Positions 1-9,306 of a stretch of 64,000 nucleotides of DNA are shown here, one piece after another. The stretch lies in contig CAVXTH010000009.1 in NCBI GenBank assembly GCA_963764625.1, positions 672,001 to 736,000 on the forward strand, given 5' to 3'. The notes beneath the pieces were generated by a model. The model ran no database searches. It saw nothing but the letters and a program-made list of their open reading frames with translations, and was not told the DNA's origin. The position numbers and the translations under genes were made by a program. Positions within the stretch are counted from its first letter, which is position 1. Each line of letters opens with the position of its first letter. The stretch comes from Candidatus Krumholzibacteriota bacterium (lineage in GTDB: Bacteria > Krumholzibacteriota > Krumholzibacteriia > JAJRXK01).

Positions 1-2259
1 CGCATCGTCAGGGACGGTGCGGGAGGCGCCTACCTGATCACCAGCGGCGGACTGCGCGCCTACGGGCAGCACCTCAACTCGGTGGGGACGCCCACTTGGG
101 GGAGTGGGGGAATCGTGGTGCAGGCAACGCCCAATGCGGGACCGAACGCCGACAGCGAGCCCGAGATCGTGTCGGACGAGAGTGGTGGCTTCATCCTGGT
201 GCAGAGCGACGGCAACATCTACGCCCAGCGCATGGGCAGCACCGGCAACAAGCTCTGGGGTCCCGATGGCCTCACCATTGCTCAAGTGGACGAGCTGCAC
301 GAGTACTTCGACAAACCCGCACTGGATGCCGACGCCTTCGGTGGCGCCCTGGTGGGGTGGAATCGTTGGGTCGATGGAGCAGAGTCCCTATGCGGCCTGC
401 GAATCGACGCCAACGGCACCACGCTTTGGTATGAAGAGCATCTCTTCGACGCCCCTTCGAACGAATCGGTGCACGACATTCACGTGGTGGCCGACGGGCA
501 CGGGAGCGGGCAGTTCGTGTGGCAGGAGACCGACGCTTCCGGCAACGACGACGTCTACGCACTGGGGGTCGACCTCAATGGGCAGCCGCCACAGCCATTC
601 CTCTATGGCGTCATTCCTGAATCGGGTGAGCCAGGAGAAGTGGGTCCGGTGGCCATTTTCGGCGACTACCTCGATGCCAGCTACACCTACCAGCTTCGGC
701 ACTCCGGTTCGGTGGCGCCGATCACCAGCCCGGTCGCTCTCAACTCGGGTTTGGTGCTCGCCACCGGGGATCTCACGGGGGCGCCTCTGGGGCGATGGGA
801 TCTGGCCATGGCGCAGGGTACGAGCGACAAGTCGACGGTGATTGACGCGTTCGGAGTGGGCAATGCGCCGCCCTGCGATCAACCGCAACTGCTTGCCGCG
901 CACACCGAGATGCTCTCCTTCGGCAGTATGCGCAAGTGCGCTTTCGACCACGAGGGCAACGTCCGGGCGGCTTCGATCTATCAGGAGGCGGGTACCGGTG
1001 ACTTCATCTTGGCGCTGTGGACCATTCAGCTGCCGCAGATGACGGCTAGTTCCCACGAGCTGCAGCGCTTCGGGCCCTCCGAGCAACCCACGGATCTCGC
1101 GTTCGCCATCGATGACGCCGATCGGAGTGTCGTGAGCTATGTCGTGCCCAACGAAGGTGTGCATCTCGAGCGCTATGTGCCTCCACCTCAGAACGATTAT
1201 CTAGACGGAGAGATCGCTGGCAATCCCACCGGCTCCTATTCGAATCCGACCTTGGCCATCGATGGTTCGGGAGATCCCCATGTCATCGTCGAATACGGGC
1301 CATCAGGTTCGCAGAATTTCCTCCACTTGTTCGGCGCAATGGGTGGATACGTTTGGGGCTATCTCGTCATCGCCAACAACACACACGACCCCGAGCTCAT
1401 CCGAGACGGCGACGATCTGAGGCTGGCCTACGTGTGCGACTCCAACATCCTCGGCCTGCAGGACATCCGGACCGTGGTGTACCATGATGGCTCGTGGCAG
1501 TCCTCCCTCGTCCAGACCTACGGCCTGGACCTGAGCTCTCCGACCCTGGCGTGGGATGGCGCGAACACCGTGCTTCTGGCTTGGATCGTCGACAACTCGG
1601 GCAATGGAAGCGCCTCCACTCTGATGACCACTCGGATCTCGGGGAGCGTGACGGATCCGCCCAAGCTTCGTTCCACCGACGGTTACGTGTACCGAGTCGA
1701 GGCGGGCGCCGCTGGAAAGGACGCCTTCACCCTGCTCACCCAGGAAACCGGTTCACCCATGCAGATCTTCGTGCGTTCGACCGATGGCTACGTGCTCTAT
1801 CCCAAGAAGCGGATCAATGCCTTCGACGAGAGTGACTGGCCTTCGCTTGCCGTGCAGCCGGGGGGCGAGCGCACCTTCGCTCTGTGGACGAATTACAACC
1901 ACCCCGAGAGCGGCACGAGCTGGTGGAGCTGGTACTGCGAGCTGACCGCCACCGCGGCGCCATCGATTTTGCCGCGGCCGATGAACTTGACGCTTCGTGC
2001 GGCGCCCAATCCCTTCAATCCGCGGACGGTATTCTCTTTCGATCTCTCGCGGGAGCAGTGGGTGAAGCTCGCCGTCTATGACTTGCACGGCCGGCGCGTG
2101 CGTCAACTCGTCGACGGCCTGCAGCCGGCGGGAACGCAACACGTCTCCTGGAACGGGATCGACGATCGGGGTACGCCGGTGGCCTCGGGGACCTACATCG
2201 CGCGCATGGAAACCGTCCAGGACGGGGTCTCGGTGACGAAGGTCGCGCTCGTGAAATGA
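1..2259 (+). CDS. Secreted beta-propeller-repeat protein with C-terminal FlgD-Ig/T9SS-like domain (5'-partial)
   Basis: Frame 1 is open from base 1 (RIVRDGAGGAYL...). It has repeated 'xDGxGG...IYAQR/VYAL..D..G..LW' units. The C-terminus reads APNPFNPRT...WNGIDDRGTPVASGTY...KVALVK. Confidence 0.75.
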   Translation, partial: RIVRDGAGGAYLITSGGLRAYGQHLNSVGTPTWGSGGIVVQATPNAGPNADSEPEIVSDESGGFILVQSDGNIYAQRMGSTGNKLWGPDGLTIAQVDELHEYFDKPALDADAFGGALVGWNRWVDGAESLCGLRIDANGTTLWYEEHLFDAPSNESVHDIHVVADGHGSGQFVWQETDASGNDDVYALGVDLNGQPPQPFLYGVIPESGEPGEVGPVAIFGDYLDASYTYQLRHSGSVAPITSPVALNSGLVLATGDLTGAPLGRWDLAMAQGTSDKSTVIDAFGVGNAPPCDQPQLLAAHTEMLSFGSMRKCAFDHEGNVRAASIYQEAGTGDFILALWTIQLPQMTASSHELQRFGPSEQPTDLAFAIDDADRSVVSYVVPNEGVHLERYVPPPQNDYLDGEIAGNPTGSYSNPTLAIDGSGDPHVIVEYGPSGSQNFLHLFGAMGGYVWGYLVIANNTHDPELIRDGDDLRLAYVCDSNILGLQDIRTVVYHDGSWQSSLVQTYGLDLSSPTLAWDGANTVLLAWIVDNSGNGSASTLMTTRISGSVTDPPKLRSTDGYVYRVEAGAAGKDAFTLLTQETGSPMQIFVRSTDGYVLYPKKRINAFDESDWPSLAVQPGGERTFALWTNYNHPESGTSWWSWYCELTATAAPSILPRPMNLTLRAAPNPFNPRTVFSFDLSREQWVKLAVYDLHGRRVRQLVDGLQPAGTQHVSWNGIDDRGTPVASGTYIARMETVQDGVSVTKVALVK

Positions 2260-2335
2260 GTGAATCACGGAGTGAGCTGGGGCACCTTCAGACGCAAACA
2301 ATGTTTCCGACCGCAGGTGGCCAGTTCACTGCGCC

Positions 2336-3373
2336 CTACTTCAGATGCAGGCGGTAGCGTGTGACCAGGGGACCGGTATCAGTCTCGGTGCGCACGAAGA
2401 TGCGTCCCTTGGGGTCGTGACCCAAGAGAGAGAAGATTCCCTCGATACGCTCGCTGGCCAGCAAGTGCAACTGCGCGTCGTAGCAACAGAGCATGCTCTC
2501 CTTGGCCCCATCCTCAAGCCGTCGGTAAGCCGTCGTGATTACGAGACTATCGGGACGGACCTCGATTCCGGTGCTCCCGCCCGGGAATCCCACTTTGAAA
2601 CTCCCGTGCGTGTAATCAATGACCGGCGGAGGCGGGACGAAGTCTCCTGCTCCTTCATCCGTGCTTGCGAGTAGTGCCCCGTCAGGGGTGTACTTGCGCA
2701 GTTCGTAGGGTGTCCTCTGCACGTAGTACAGCGCACCCTTGGGGCCGATGTCGAGGTAACCGGCCGCATGAAACCCCTCGTCCCGGATGTCCACCTCCTT
2801 GCCTACCGCGTAGGTGTCGCCGAAGGATCGCAGGAGTTTCCACTGGGGCGAGTACACCTGGATGACCTGGTGGTGCAGAGCGACTGGTGAGACGATGTAG
2901 AGGCTTCCCGAGCTATCGAACTTCAACGAATAGGTCGATGGCCCGCTCTCCTCTCGTATGAACTCATCCAGGAACTTGCCCTCGGTGTCGAGTAGGGTGA
3001 CCCGTCCACCGATCCCGGCGAAGGCAAGGCGATCGCGATCATCGATCCCCATCACGAAGAGGTCCATGAGCTCGCCGGGCCCCGCGCCTGCCGAGCCGAA
3101 CTTGCCCAGAAACTCACCGGAATCGGAGAAGTGGTCGATTTGATACAACCCAAAATCCCCGAAATAGAGATCGCCGTGGGAATCCACCACGATGCTGTTC
3201 ACGTGGTGGAGCAGCACCCCGTCCCGGTCCGGTTCGCTCCCGATCACCAGATCGGGCTCGAGCGCGATCTTGCGAGGCCCTACTCTGGAGGACTTGACCG
3301 TACAACTCGCAAGAATGGTAGCAAGGAGTGCGAAAAGACAGAGCAGTACGACGACAGTTCGTCTCACATTCAA
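2336..3373 (-). CDS. 6-bladed beta-propeller (NHL-like) lipoprotein
   Basis: Signal peptide with lipobox LASC. NHL-like repeats such as VDSHGDLYFGD and KFGSAGAGPGEL. Confidence 0.7.
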   Translation of the reverse strand: MNVRRTVVVLLCLFALLATILASCTVKSSRVGPRKIALEPDLVIGSEPDRDGVLLHHVNSIVVDSHGDLYFGDFGLYQIDHFSDSGEFLGKFGSAGAGPGELMDLFVMGIDDRDRLAFAGIGGRVTLLDTEGKFLDEFIREESGPSTYSLKFDSSGSLYIVSPVALHHQVIQVYSPQWKLLRSFGDTYAVGKEVDIRDEGFHAAGYLDIGPKGALYYVQRTPYELRKYTPDGALLASTDEGAGDFVPPPPVIDYTHGSFKVGFPGGSTGIEVRPDSLVITTAYRRLEDGAKESMLCCYDAQLHLLASERIEGIFSLLGHDPKGRIFVRTETDTGPLVTRYRLHLK

Positions 3374-3416
3374 TTCCTCACTTCAGTCGAATGTCATCCT
3401 CCCGAGCACAATGCCT

Positions 3417-5243
3417 TTATAACAGCGGATCGTCATTCTCCACGATCTGGTAAAACAGCCCCCACGCGCCCGGACCCACGTGGGTGCCGATGACGCCGGT
3501 GATCTGGCCGCGGAAACTCTCCACGATCTCATTGCGCTCACGCACCCGCTCTTCGGCTTGTTCCAGGCGCGAGCCCCCGGTGGAATCGAGAACGCCCAGC
3601 CGCACTCTCTTGCCCACTGGAACTGCCTCCTCGAAAGTGCTCAATACCTTTTCGAAGGCCTCGTCATCGCCGCGAACTTTCGATATCGGCTTCACTTCAC
3701 CGTCCATCACCGTGAGCACCGGCCTCATGCGCAAGAGGCTGCCGATCAGATGCGCGGCGGTGCCGATGCGCCCGCCTTTCTTCAGGTAGTCCAGGGTGGC
3801 GACGGTGAAGAGGAGTCCGCCACGCTCGCGCCATCGCTTCAGCCAGCCGAGAATGTCATCGACGCTCGCGCCCCTCTGCGCCAGGCGAGCCGCACACACC
3901 ACCTGCATGCCCAGGGTGACGCTGATGGTGTTGGAATCGAAGATCTCCACCCGCGGATGGTCCACGAGCCTGGCCGCGCTGAGTGCGGAGCGGTAGGTCC
4001 CCGAGAGTTTCTGAGCGAGAGTGACGATGATCACCTCGCGGTCGCTCCGAATGCGCTCGATCGCATTCACGAATTCACGCGGAGGTGGTTGGCTCGTGGT
4101 GGGGTGGTGCTCGTCCTCTACCAGCTTTTCGTAGAAATCCCTCGTGCTCAGGTCGATCTGGTCGCGGTACACCTCGTCGCCGAAGAGGATCGAGAGGGGT
4201 GCCATCTCGATCCCGTACTCCTGCCGCGTTTCGGCGCTCAGATCGCAGGTGGAATCGCAAAGGATGGCCACGGTCTTGGGCTGCTGCTCGAGGGGAACCA
4301 GCGGCTCTTGCTGGTGCGTCTGCCGCTCCTCGCTCTGACGGAGCATGTCGTCCACTTTGCGCTCTTCGATCGTGCCCCAGCGTTGCGCCAGGTGGAACAC
4401 CTCGTCGGGGTGGTCGGTGTGAATGTGGAGTTTGAAGACCTCGCCGGTGGTTGCCAGAAGCATGGATGAGCCAAGATGGTTGAAGCGCGCTTTGAGCAGA
4501 GTGGGATCGAAGTTGCGTCCGCGAACCACCACTTCGGTGCAATAGCGCCCGTCCAATTGCTCTACGCTCACCGCGATGTGCGAGGTATCGGCGTGGAGGT
4601 CCTCTTCCCGGGCCACCGGCGGGGGCGCGCCCTCCAGGGTTCGTTTCACCCCTTCGAAGAAATGCACGAAGCCCTGTCCACCCGCGTCCACCACTTTTGA
4701 TTCTCTCAGGATCGCGAGCATTTCGGGCGTTCGTTTCAGGGCGGCCTTGGCGGCATCGAGAAACTCGTCCATGATCCCGCCCACGTCGTGCCCGTTCTCC
4801 GCCGCCCTCGCCGCCGCATCGCTCCCCTCACGCATGACGGTGAGGATGGTGCCTTCCTGCGGTTTGTCGATCGCCTCGTAGACTTGCATGGTGGCGCGGC
4901 CAAGGGCGTGCGCGAGATCTTCTGCGCCGATGCGCGCTTTTTTTCCCAGGGCCTTGGAAAACCCCAGGAACCAGTGGGCCATGATCAAGCCGCTGTTGCC
5001 CTTGGCGCCCAGTATGCTGGCTTCGGCGATGTCCTGCGAGGCCCGCGCGAGGTCATCATCGTCGCTCCTTTTGGCCGCATCCGCGCTGGCCGAAAGGCTC
5101 AGGGCCATGTTCGTGCCGGTATCGCCGTCGGGAACCGGAAAGACGTTGATCCTGTTCAGGTGCTCGCGCATTTGGCGCACCCACTCCGCTCCGGCGACCA
5201 CGGCGCGGCGAAATCGCTTTCCATCTATGTAACGGATTCCCAT
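3417..5243 (-). CDS. DAK2-DegV fusion (fatty acid kinase FakA fused to a FakB/DegV fatty-acid-binding domain)
   Basis: N-terminal INVFPVPDGDTGTNM, GAKGNSG and VVDAGG motifs (DAK2/FakA). C-terminal DSTCDL, TTSQP, LKKGGRIG and IGTHVGPG motifs (DegV). Start placed at the ATG at 5243 (MGIRYIDG). Confidence 0.9.
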   Translation of the reverse strand: MGIRYIDGKRFRRAVVAGAEWVRQMREHLNRINVFPVPDGDTGTNMALSLSASADAAKRSDDDDLARASQDIAEASILGAKGNSGLIMAHWFLGFSKALGKKARIGAEDLAHALGRATMQVYEAIDKPQEGTILTVMREGSDAAARAAENGHDVGGIMDEFLDAAKAALKRTPEMLAILRESKVVDAGGQGFVHFFEGVKRTLEGAPPPVAREEDLHADTSHIAVSVEQLDGRYCTEVVVRGRNFDPTLLKARFNHLGSSMLLATTGEVFKLHIHTDHPDEVFHLAQRWGTIEERKVDDMLRQSEERQTHQQEPLVPLEQQPKTVAILCDSTCDLSAETRQEYGIEMAPLSILFGDEVYRDQIDLSTRDFYEKLVEDEHHPTTSQPPPREFVNAIERIRSDREVIIVTLAQKLSGTYRSALSAARLVDHPRVEIFDSNTISVTLGMQVVCAARLAQRGASVDDILGWLKRWRERGGLLFTVATLDYLKKGGRIGTAAHLIGSLLRMRPVLTVMDGEVKPISKVRGDDEAFEKVLSTFEEAVPVGKRVRLGVLDSTGGSRLEQAEERVRERNEIVESFRGQITGVIGTHVGPGAWGLFYQIVENDDPLL

Positions 5244-5370
5244 AGTGGCAATCCTAGAGGGGGTTTGCGGCGCCGGCAAGCATCCCTTGGGCCTTCCAGC
5301 GCAAGTGAGGGTCGTCATCCGGCCACGGGCGGTATATGATTGAACTACGATCCCAAGCCACGAGGTCATC

Positions 5371-6207
5371 ATGTTCCAGAGTCACGCGCGGCAGCGCTTC
5401 ACCGAGATGGTGAAGAGTGACGAAGCGGAAATCGATCTTCTCGTAGCCTCTCTTCTCATCGCGCAAGAGGAGTACCCCGAGGTTTCGATCGAGGAATGCG
5501 TCGACCAGGTCGAACGCATCGCGGAGAGACTCGCGAGCCACGTCGACTCGGCCTCAGGTTTCCACAACATCGCCTATGCGCTCAAGCAGCTTCTCTTCGT
5601 CGAAATGGGATTCGTGGGCAACGCCGCCCGCTACGACGATCCCGACAATTCCATGATGAACAAAGTGCTCACCCGCCGAAAGGGAATTCCCATCAGCCTG
5701 AGTATTCTCACCATGGAGGTCCTCGAACGCGCGACCGGCGTGGCTCTGCTAGGGGTCGATTTCCCCGGTCATTTTCTTCTGGCCCACGATGACCCCGACG
5801 GGGGGACTCTCTACGTCGATCCCTTCCACAGGGGACGAATCCTGCTGGAGGAAGAACTCCAGGGAAGACTCAGCCAGCGCGCGAGTTCCAAAGTGACGCT
5901 GGAGGAAGCGCACCTGCGGCGCATGAGCGCGCGGCGCATCCTCATCCGCTTGCTCTCGAATCTGAAACTTCTCTACGCCCGCCGCAGGGACGTCTCGCGC
6001 ACCCTTTCGGTGGTGGAGAGGATCGTTCTGCTGCATCCCGAATCGGCGGAAGAGCGGCGCGATCGCGGCATCCTCTATGGTCTGAGCGGCCTGCGCATGG
6101 CCGCCATCGCCGATCTGGAGGACTATCTCACCATGCGGCCCGAAGCGCGTGACGCCGAGCAGATCCGCCTCCGTCTGGAGCGCCTGCTCCGGCAAGGACC
6201 GGCTTGA
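5371..6207 (+). CDS. SirB1-family transglutaminase-like protein with C-terminal TPR
   Basis: YDDPDNS..KVL.RRKGIPISL, FPGHFL, YVDPF, RLLSNLK and ERRDRG motifs. Confidence 0.88.
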   Translation: MFQSHARQRFTEMVKSDEAEIDLLVASLLIAQEEYPEVSIEECVDQVERIAERLASHVDSASGFHNIAYALKQLLFVEMGFVGNAARYDDPDNSMMNKVLTRRKGIPISLSILTMEVLERATGVALLGVDFPGHFLLAHDDPDGGTLYVDPFHRGRILLEEELQGRLSQRASSKVTLEEAHLRRMSARRILIRLLSNLKLLYARRRDVSRTLSVVERIVLLHPESAEERRDRGILYGLSGLRMAAIADLEDYLTMRPEARDAEQIRLRLERLLRQGPA

Positions 6208-7361
6208 AGCACGGAAGGGCCCGGCTTTTTCTCTTGGCTGATTCTCACTCTCCGACTCGCACCGTCTTGCGCGCACTCGTCGCGGGGTTTCTCTTGCTCG
6301 CAGTGATCGCGTCGTTCCGTCCCTCTGAAGCAAGGGCCGATACGGTACTCCCTGAGCTCTTGAGCGCGGCGAGGCCTTCGACCGCGCGCGCGGAGTTCGC
6401 CGACATCCAGGATTCAACCTGCGCCGACACCTCTTCGTTCGCGCTGGTTCTGGGTGGGGGAGGTGCGCGGGGTTTCGCCGAGATCGGCGTGTTGAAAGTG
6501 CTCGAGGAGGAGGGACTGCGGCCCGCGCTCATCGTGGGCAGCAGCATGGGAGCGGTGCTGGGAGCGCTTTACGCTTGCGGGTATTCGGCCGCGCAGCTCC
6601 AGGAGATGGTGCGCGAACAGGATTGGTTCTCCCTGTTCAACAATGGTCGGCTCGCGCCCGCGCGTCTGCAAGGGGGATGGCACGGACTACCGCCGACGCA
6701 GCTCGCTCTTCTACTCGATCGTCTTCCGCCGATGCTCCCGCGCAGTCTCTCGGGAGGCCAGGCGATCACCGAGCTCATCGGAAGACTCAGCGCGGAAGCG
6801 CTCCTGCGCGCCGACAACGATTTCGATCGTCTTCCGATCCCATTTCGGGCCGTGGCGGTCGACCTGCACGACGGACGGATCGTCGTTCTGCGTAGGGGGG
6901 CGCTCGCCCGCGCGGCGCAAGCCAGCGGGACCATTCCTCTGCTCCTCCCGCCGGTCCGCATGGAGGGGCGAGAGCTCGTCGACGGCGGATTCCGGGCCAA
7001 CAACCCAGTAGAACTCGCGCACATCCTGGGATTTCGTCGCACCCTCGTGGTCGACGTCAGCAACATCTTCCTTCCCGACAAGAAGAGTCCCGAGGACCTG
7101 TATCAGATGTGGATTCGCTCGATGGAGCTGCAGCAGTACTCCGGCAATTTCGTCGAGCCGGCGCCCGGAGACGTCGTCCTGCACCTTCCTCTGCAGAAGT
7201 ACCGCAGTCTGAGTTTTTCGGGCATCGATGAGATGGTGCAAATCGGCTACCAGTTCGCCGACGCCCGGCGCGATCTGCTCGATTCCCTGCGAAGCGGTGG
7301 AGTGCATTCTCCAGGAGGCGTTGCGGCTCACAAGCGAAATCCAAGTCAGGCGTGGCGCTGA
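6204..7361 (+). CDS. Patatin-like phospholipase; N-terminal part of a frameshifted PlpD-type patatin-POTRA-beta-barrel protein
   Basis: GGGGARG oxyanion motif, GSSMG nucleophile and DGG motif, preceded by a hydrophobic signal-like segment. The start is uncertain. Confidence 0.88.
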   Translation: MKHGRARLFLLADSHSPTRTVLRALVAGFLLLAVIASFRPSEARADTVLPELLSAARPSTARAEFADIQDSTCADTSSFALVLGGGGARGFAEIGVLKVLEEEGLRPALIVGSSMGAVLGALYACGYSAAQLQEMVREQDWFSLFNNGRLAPARLQGGWHGLPPTQLALLLDRLPPMLPRSLSGGQAITELIGRLSAEALLRADNDFDRLPIPFRAVAVDLHDGRIVVLRRGALARAAQASGTIPLLLPPVRMEGRELVDGGFRANNPVELAHILGFRRTLVVDVSNIFLPDKKSPEDLYQMWIRSMELQQYSGNFVEPAPGDVVLHLPLQKYRSLSFSGIDEMVQIGYQFADARRDLLDSLRSGGVHSPGGVAAHKRNPSQAWR

Positions 7362-8615
7362 AACACCTAGCTTCGACGGTCAGAGCTCAACCGAGCGGCC
7401 GCGCCCCGTCGAGTCGGTGAAGGAGGTGCGCGTCGAGGGTCTGGATCTTGGCGATGGCGACGGCATGAGCGCCGCGGAACTGCACCGCCGACTCGGGATC
7501 GACGAGGGCGATCGGCTGAAGCTGAGCGATGTCTACCGCCGCCTGAAGCCCTTGGGGTACGCCCCTGGAGTGGAGAGCGCCTGGATCGAGGTGGATCGCG
7601 CGGAAACCTCGCCCTCGACTCGCGATGCCGCCGAAGCACCCGCGACCGCAGTGCGGCTGCGCCCCCATCTCGAACTGCGGCGCGGTCCACGTCTGCGATT
7701 GGCCGGTCACGTGATCACGGACGACACCGCCGCGATTCTGGCCCGGCTTCACCAGGCGCGCCTGCCGCTCGGGGGCGGCGAGGTAGCCCTCGGTTCTCGC
7801 TACAGCGAACGAACTGCGGCCAGCGAGCTGCGTCTGCGCCAGGGGATCCCGCCCGGTAGCCGGTTCTCGCTCACCGCGAGCTTCTCCTGGTCGAGAGATC
7901 GCCCATGGGTCTACGAGCAGGGCCTGAGAATCGATCGATTGGCGATCCAGGAGAACCGTGCGCGCCTCGAACTGGGCCTGGCCCTGCCCCACCCGGGGGC
8001 GCAACTGCGGCTCGGCCTGCAAAGCAGCCGTCTGGCCAGCTATCGGGAGAGCCGCGTGGCCTTGGAGGAAGTGGCGGGCCCGCAAGCACCGCCACCGGAT
8101 TCACCGCGGAGCTGGAAAGCGGAGTCGAGACTGGTCTCTCACAGTCTCGGGCTCTCGGCTATCGCGTACGCTACTGGCGGGGCGTCCCCGCGTGGGGGGA
8201 CTTGGGGTTCTGGCGCGTGGAAGGAGGCGCAGTGGGGGTGGCCCATGGACCGGGCCGGCTGCGGCCCTCGGCCGCGGTCGGTTTCGTGCACGGGTCGGCC
8301 CATCTACCCGTGGCTCTCCGAGGGCGCGCCGGCGGACCCTTCGGTTGGACGGGTTTGCGGCGCGAAGAGATCTTCGCATCACGCCTGTTGTGGTCACGGG
8401 TTGGCTTGGGATGGCAGCTCGCCGGGACGCTACGCTTGGGGGTGGCTGCCGCGGTGGGTTGGAGTGACGAAGAGAGTCTGCGTCGTGCCTCAGCTCTTGG
8501 CGGAGCCGGGGTGGAGCTCGCCTGGAAAACACCCCTGGGCCCGTGTCGGATGAGCTGGGCCGTGGCCGAACGACGCAACGGCGCTATCTTCGTGCAGCTC
8601 GGTCCCGAGTTTTGA
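7228..8615 (+). CDS. POTRA-like and outer-membrane beta-barrel portion of the PlpD-type protein, split over two frames
   Basis: ORF 7228-8553 has a POTRA-like segment (VKEVRVEGL...LGIDEGDRL) and amphipathic strands. ORF 7905-8615 ends ...GAGVELAWKTPLGP...IFVQLGPEF, a typical BamA/TamA-like barrel C-terminus. Frame breaks lie at about 7290-7360 and about 8155. Confidence 0.65.
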
Positions 8616-8644
8616 AGTCTCGAGCCACCGACCTGCGGATCTCC

Positions 8645-9088
8645 ATGAACTCTCATTCGAAACGCATCCTCTTCGTCTGCTACGCGAATGCGTGCCGCAG
8701 CCAGATGGCCGAGGGCTTCGCGCGGGCATTGGGCCCTCCTGATCTCGAGGTGGAGAGCGCGGGGCTCATGGCCGCGGGGCTCTTCGGCGAGACCGTCGCC
8801 GCGATGGCACAGGTGGGGATCGACATTTCCCATCAGACGAGCAAGAGCGTGGCGCAACTCGATCTCTCTTCCTTCGACTACATCGTGACCCTCAGCGACC
8901 AGGCCCACGGGCGGCTCCGCCAGCGCTACCCCGAGCTGATTCTGCTCCACCACCCGGTCCTCGATCCGGCAGGGGTCGGCGGCAGCCATGAAGAACGTAT
9001 GAAAATCTTCAACTTAACGCGTGAAGATGTCCACGAGGTGGTCCTGGAGGTCTTGGCTCAGATCGCGCGCGAGTCCAAACGAGCCTGA
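8645..9088 (+). CDS. arsC: Arsenate reductase ArsC / low-molecular-weight phosphatase family protein
   Basis: ILFVCYANACRSQMAEG (CX5R P-loop), SAG, GIDISHQTSK and DP motifs. ATG at 8645. Confidence 0.8.
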   Translation: MNSHSKRILFVCYANACRSQMAEGFARALGPPDLEVESAGLMAAGLFGETVAAMAQVGIDISHQTSKSVAQLDLSSFDYIVTLSDQAHGRLRQRYPELILLHHPVLDPAGVGGSHEERMKIFNLTREDVHEVVLEVLAQIARESKRA

Positions 9089-9121
9089 ATCCGCCCAATC
9101 GCTTTCATCCGAGATTTTGCG

Positions 9122-9149
9122 TTGACGCCCCAAGGTCTTGTGGTAGGTT
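9122..9149 (+). promoter_or_regulatory. Putative sigma70 promoter of nrdJ
   Basis: TTGACG at 9122-9127, a 16-bp spacer, then extended -10 TGgTAGGTT at 9141-9149. Confidence 0.5.
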
Positions 9150-9175
9150 GCGGCAATGGGCACTAGATCTTGTGT
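9128..9175 (+). promoter_or_regulatory. Tandem NrdR boxes
   Basis: CCCCAAGGTCTTGTGG (9128-9143) and GCACTAGATCTTGTGT (9160-9175) resemble the consensus acaCwAtATaTwGtgt. They start 32 bp apart, directly upstream of a ribonucleotide reductase gene. Confidence 0.8.
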
Positions 9176-9306
9176 GGGAGCCCACTTTCGCATCTTCTGA
9201 AATTCCAGGGTCTTAGGCCCTTGCCCCTGTCCGGAACGCCGCCGGAATCCCCTTGGGGAATCAGTCGCGTTTCATCAACAAGTCAAGCTAAGGACGAGGA
9301 GAGGTT

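Noticed and set aside
9089-9306. Cobalamin riboswitch upstream of B12-dependent nrdJ
   Set aside because: I could not recognise a B12 box. The region is explained by a promoter and NrdR boxes.
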